Source of the DNA: an uncultured Candidatus Poseidoniales archaeon | GTDB lineage: Archaea > Thermoplasmatota > Poseidoniia > Poseidoniales > Thalassarchaeaceae | Assembly (NCBI GenBank): GCA_964645485.1 | Contig: CAZXZO010000002.1 | Location: 74,212 to 138,211 of the forward strand | Reading direction: 5' to 3' | DNA: 64,000 nt | Part shown: positions 60,367-64,000 of the stretch, one piece after another | Layout of the letters: every line of letters starts with the position of its first letter | Position numbering within the stretch: position 1 is the stretch's first letter | Notes under the pieces: model-generated | What the model was told of the DNA's origin: nothing | What the model saw: only the letters and a program-made list of their open reading frames with translations | The model's database searches: none | Position numbers and translations under genes: made by a program

Positions 60367-61824
60367 TCAACGTTGAATCGCCTTCAATTCTAGGAATTCT
60401 TGTAACCCATGAATACCTAGTTCTCTTCCATTACCTGACATCTTGTATCCACCAAATGGCGCGGAGATATTGAAAGGACCTCCGTTAATACTCACTTGGC
60501 CGGTTCGCAAATTTTTTGCAAAAGCCAACGCTCTATCCTCATTTTCAGACCATACTCCTCCAGAGAGTCCATACTCTGAATCGTTGGCTAGAGCAAGAGC
60601 CTCTTCTTCACTACTGTAAGTGGTGATTGTAAGGAGTGGGCCAAATACCTCTTCGTTCCAAATTTTCATGTCAGGTGTCACATCTGCAAAAGCAGTTGGT
60701 TTGACGAAAAATCCTGTGTCAAGTCCGTCTGGCATCCCCTCGCCACCTGCTAGTAGAGTGGCACCTTCTGAAATCCCGCTAGCAATGTAGCCGCTAACAC
60801 TTGCTTGTTGTCTTGCAGATGCCATTGGGCCACAGCGTGTGTTTTCATCCAAAGGGTCTCCCGCAGTAAACCCGGCAACTCGACTAGTAACGATTTCAAT
60901 AATTTCCTCCTTTTTATTTTCAGGAACGATGAGTCTGGTTAGAGCGGAGCAGGTTTGACCAGAGTTAGCAAAACAGGCACCAACTGATGATTTTGCGGCT
61001 CTGACAATGTTAGCATCATCCAAAATGACATTTGCGCTTTTACCACCAAGTTCGAGTGTGACTCGTTTTACTGATGGTGCAGCAGCCTGACTCACTCTGA
61101 CTCCAGCAGAAGTCGAGCCAGTGAATGATACCATATCGACGTCTGGGTGGCTTGAAAGATATTCACCAACATCTGACCCATGGCCGCTGACGAGATTGAA
61201 TACACCAGCAGGCAAGCCAATCTCGTCAATGATTTCAGCCAAAATGAAGGCGTTTAGAGGTGCTTCCTTTGATGGTTTTAGAACCATGGTACAGCCTGCA
61301 GCAATTGCAGGGGCGACCTTGCCAATAATTTGGTGTAGGGGAAAATTCCACGGGGTGATAAATGCACAGACTCCAACAGGCTCTTTGACAATTAGAGAAT
61401 TACGCACCTCTTCTTCCCACTCAAAGTCCTCCAACATCTTGGCGTACGAGCGGGCGACCACACGCGGGGTCCCAACCATTGCCATTCTGCTATAGCCGAT
61501 TGGTGTGCCAACTTCTGCTGTGATAAGTTGGGAGAGTTCTTCACCTCGGTCTTTGAAGGCTGCTGAAAGAGCATTTAGATAGCCGATTCTATCTTCAATA
61601 GAACTTTCTGACCAAGAAGGAAAAACAGCAGATGCGGCATTCACTGCAGCATCCACATCAGATTGAGACCCCACCGGTACTGAACCAATGACTTGTTCAG
61701 TTGCTGGATTGACAACATCAATTTCACCTTCTCCGCTTGCCTTAACCCATTCTCCATTGATGTAGAGTTCCTCTCTGCTCATCATGTGGTGTGCCACAGT
61801 GCAATCTCTTATGGTTTCATGCAT
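60367..61824 (-). CDS. NAD-dependent aldehyde dehydrogenase
   Basis: ITPWNFP, KPS, FTGST, LELGGKS, NSGQTCS, EEVFGP, YGLSG, PFGGYKMSG; probable start ATG 61785. Confidence 0.95.
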   Translation of the reverse strand: MHETIRDCTVAHHMMSREELYINGEWVKASGEGEIDVVNPATEQVIGSVPVGSQSDVDAAVNAASAVFPSWSESSIEDRIGYLNALSAAFKDRGEELSQLITAEVGTPIGYSRMAMVGTPRVVARSYAKMLEDFEWEEEVRNSLIVKEPVGVCAFITPWNFPLHQIIGKVAPAIAAGCTMVLKPSKEAPLNAFILAEIIDEIGLPAGVFNLVSGHGSDVGEYLSSHPDVDMVSFTGSTSAGVRVSQAAAPSVKRVTLELGGKSANVILDDANIVRAAKSSVGACFANSGQTCSALTRLIVPENKKEEIIEIVTSRVAGFTAGDPLDENTRCGPMASARQQASVSGYIASGISEGATLLAGGEGMPDGLDTGFFVKPTAFADVTPDMKIWNEEVFGPLLTITTYSSEEEALALANDSEYGLSGGVWSENEDRALAFAKNLRTGQVSINGGPFNISAPFGGYKMSGNGRELGIHGLQEFLELKAIQR

Positions 61825-62636
61825 TTCAAGAGGGGGAACCTCAACGGCTATTCATGGCACTAAGTGTTGAGAGGTTAGAAGGCGGAGTTGCATTAGTGAC
61901 ACTGACTGCAGAATCTGCTCAAAATGCGTTTAGTATTGAGGCCATGACAACAATTTCAACAACTATCAATTCACTAATTGACGATGAAGAAATTCAAGCA
62001 TTTGTCCTCACCGGCACAGGCAAGTTTTTCTGCGCAGGTGCAGATATCAATGAGTTTAGAGAATGTTATGACGATGATACAATTTCTGACTTAGTCCAAG
62101 GTTTAACAGATATTTTACATCCCTTATTGGTTAGAATCAGACAATCAGATACAGTCTATGTGGCGGCGATGAATGGCGCTGCAGCAGGTGGCGGATTGGG
62201 TCTTGCATTAGCAGCTGATTACCGGATGGCAATTCCACAAACCAAAATCGCAGCCGCCTTTTTCTCATTAGGCTTGAGCCCTGACGGAGGAACTACCTGG
62301 TTGCTGCCAAGGCTAGTTGGTCCACAGAGAGCCAAGAAGTTCTTCTTCAATAACGAAACATGGTCAGGTGAACAAGCGCTAGAACTTGGAGTAATTGATG
62401 AGTTAGTTGAGCCACAGGACCTGATACTTAGTTCTCTCAAAATAGCAATTTCTTGGGGTAAGTGGGCTAAATCGAGTAGAGCGGGGACCAAGCAATTGCT
62501 AGACAGCCAATCCTACCAAGATTTCGAAACCCAACTTCATGATGAACAGGTACGAATCGTTGCAGCAAGCCAAACAAAGCAATTTTCAGAAGGGGTGGAT
62601 GCATTTATTGAAAAGCGCGATCCAAATTTTCAATGA
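61791..62636 (+). CDS. Enoyl-CoA hydratase/isomerase (PaaG-like)
   Basis: FCAGADI, AAAGGGLGLALAAD, GLSPDGGTTWLLPRLVG; probable start ATG 61854. Confidence 0.85.
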   Translation: MPQCNLLWFHAFQEGEPQRLFMALSVERLEGGVALVTLTAESAQNAFSIEAMTTISTTINSLIDDEEIQAFVLTGTGKFFCAGADINEFRECYDDDTISDLVQGLTDILHPLLVRIRQSDTVYVAAMNGAAAGGGLGLALAADYRMAIPQTKIAAAFFSLGLSPDGGTTWLLPRLVGPQRAKKFFFNNETWSGEQALELGVIDELVEPQDLILSSLKIAISWGKWAKSSRAGTKQLLDSQSYQDFETQLHDEQVRIVAASQTKQFSEGVDAFIEKRDPNFQ

Positions 62637-62652
62637 TTGTTGATTTTTCCAA

Positions 62653-62982
62653 TCAATAAAGCCCACGTGCAGCATAGCACCGGCCAATCATTTCACCGAC
62701 TACAGGCAACAATGGGTCATCCTCATCTTTGAATTTGAAAGTGACTTTTCCAGTTTTTCTTTCCAACAATGGAGTTGGAATTAGGTCAGGGAGATAGGCG
62801 CTAGGTAGCACAAAAACACTCACATGTGAGTGAAAAACAACAACGTTGCAGAAAGGTCTCCCATCTTCGCGTGCAAGTCTAAAATCCCCCACCTCATCCC
62901 TTTTTACCTTTAATTCAGTGGTGTTTTCCTTAACTTGTTTAACCAAGAGTGACCAAAGATAGAGCATATTTTCATGCGCCAT
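62653..62982 (-). CDS. Small hypothetical protein, DUF1801/YdhG-like
   Basis: Probable start ATG 62982 overlapping the upstream stop; [14 protein letters not shown] and TGKVTFKFK resemble DUF1801 (from recall). Confidence 0.5.
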   Translation of the reverse strand: MAHENMLYLWSLLVKQVKENTTELKVKRDEVGDFRLAREDGRPFCNVVVFHSHVSVFVLPSAYLPDLIPTPLLERKTGKVTFKFKDEDDPLLPVVGEMIGRCYAARGLY

Positions 62983-63895
62983 TTCGCTCAACCTTCTCGC
63001 CACTTGTCCAGTCGTAGAACCCTTTTCCGGTCTTCTTTCCAAGATCACCTGCGTCAACAAGATTCACGAGTAACGGGTGTGGTCGGTATGATTCATCACC
63101 AAACGATTCTGCTAAATTGTTGAGAATATCACATCGGACATCCAAGCCCACAAGGTCAGTCAATTCCAGTGGGCCCATCGGGTGTTTGTATCCCAATCTC
63201 ATCGCTGTGTCAATGTCTGAGGCCGAGGCGACTCCGTCGGCTAACATTCGAATCGCCTCATTTCCTATAACGACTCCAAGTCTGCTAGTAGCAAACCCAG
63301 GAACATCGTTGACTAGAATGCTTGTTTTTCCCATTTCGTCGGCAATTTTCTGAGCCATCTCAATGGTCTTTTCCGATACCAAATCATGCCGCACGATTTC
63401 AAGTAATTTCATGATTGGAACTGGATTGAAGAAATGCATTCCGATTACTCTTTCTGGGTTGCCAGATGCATTGGCAATTTCAGCAATTGAGAGGCCGGAG
63501 GTATTTGTCCCCAAAATTGCATGGTCAGGAGCCAAATTTCCGAGGTCCGCAAAGATTTGATGTTTGAGTTCCGGAATTTCGGGTACGGCCTCAATCACTA
63601 GGTCGACATCAGAAACGGCCTCTCCTATGTCCTTAACAGCAGTCAAGTTCGCTTGCCATTCAGCCTTCTGTTCAGCAGTGGTTTTTCCGCGAGCAATCCC
63701 CTTATCCCAGAATTCGTTAATGGCATTCATGCCACGTTCCAATCCTTCTGGGAAAGCATCAAAAAGATTGGTTTGCCAACCTGTTTGTGCACACACTTGA
63801 GCGATACCAGCACCCATTGTTCCGGCACCAATTACGGCAACAGAGCGAATCTCCATGTTAAAGCCGAGCCACCTTGCCACCATTACAATTCCCAT
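62972..63895 (-). CDS. 3-hydroxyacyl-CoA dehydrogenase (Hbd/PaaH-like)
   Basis: [52 protein letters not shown]; probable start ATG 63856. Confidence 0.95.
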   Translation of the reverse strand: MGIVMVARWLGFNMEIRSVAVIGAGTMGAGIAQVCAQTGWQTNLFDAFPEGLERGMNAINEFWDKGIARGKTTAEQKAEWQANLTAVKDIGEAVSDVDLVIEAVPEIPELKHQIFADLGNLAPDHAILGTNTSGLSIAEIANASGNPERVIGMHFFNPVPIMKLLEIVRHDLVSEKTIEMAQKIADEMGKTSILVNDVPGFATSRLGVVIGNEAIRMLADGVASASDIDTAMRLGYKHPMGPLELTDLVGLDVRCDILNNLAESFGDESYRPHPLLVNLVDAGDLGKKTGKGFYDWTSGEKVERNGA

Positions 63896-64000
63896 CTATT
63901 TGTATTGATATTAATCAAGATGATATCAGTGGCTCAGGAGAACTCAGCAAATTCTCTCCCAAAAGCCATGCGTGTAATGGGTGTTTGTCAACCAGTTGTT

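Noticed and set aside
63915-63998. Possible C-terminus of a minus-strand gene at the right edge (QLVDKHPLHAWLLGENLLSSPEPLISS*)
   Set aside because: Only 27 codons are visible and no motif is recognisable, so it cannot be supported.

Overview
A 64-kb chromosomal segment of an archaeon, most consistent with Marine Group II (Ca. Poseidoniales, Thermoplasmatota). This placement is inferred from archaeal markers (Hjc, deoxyhypusine synthase, Bud32, Lhr, geranylgeranyl reductase, presenilin homologue, GGTGA-type SD sites) mixed with bacterial-type genes (uvrB, rimK, folC, alkB, futalosine-type menaquinone genes) and a giant CARDB surface protein. The window is gene-dense, with about 48 CDS and two tRNAs (Ile-GAT, Gly-CCC). 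I saw no CRISPR array, transposase or integrase. Main blocks: leucine/methylcrotonyl-CoA carboxylase cluster (18.7-23.3 kb), menaquinone/isoprenoid genes (9.5-13.8 kb), membrane proteases around a 1701-aa surface protein (24.6-40.9 kb), a Tad-like type IV pilus locus (53.5-58.7 kb), and an alkB/aldehyde dehydrogenase/beta-oxidation neighbourhood (58.7-63.9 kb). Most notable observations: (1) a recurring non-canonical TATA-like box TT[C/G]AA 22-25 nt upstream of ten gene starts; (2) an Mrp/ApbC homologue whose Fe-S-binding CXXC is replaced by an Ig-like-looking insert; (3) a presenilin with a ~365-aa inserted ectodomain; (4) a PAP2/AUR1 phosphotransferase fused to a beta-propeller; (5) pilus platform proteins with Cys-containing ectodomains and non-canonical prepilins; (6) a ~500-bp AT-rich intergenic region with seven CAATTG sites. 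All calls come from motif recognition by eye; no database searches were run.
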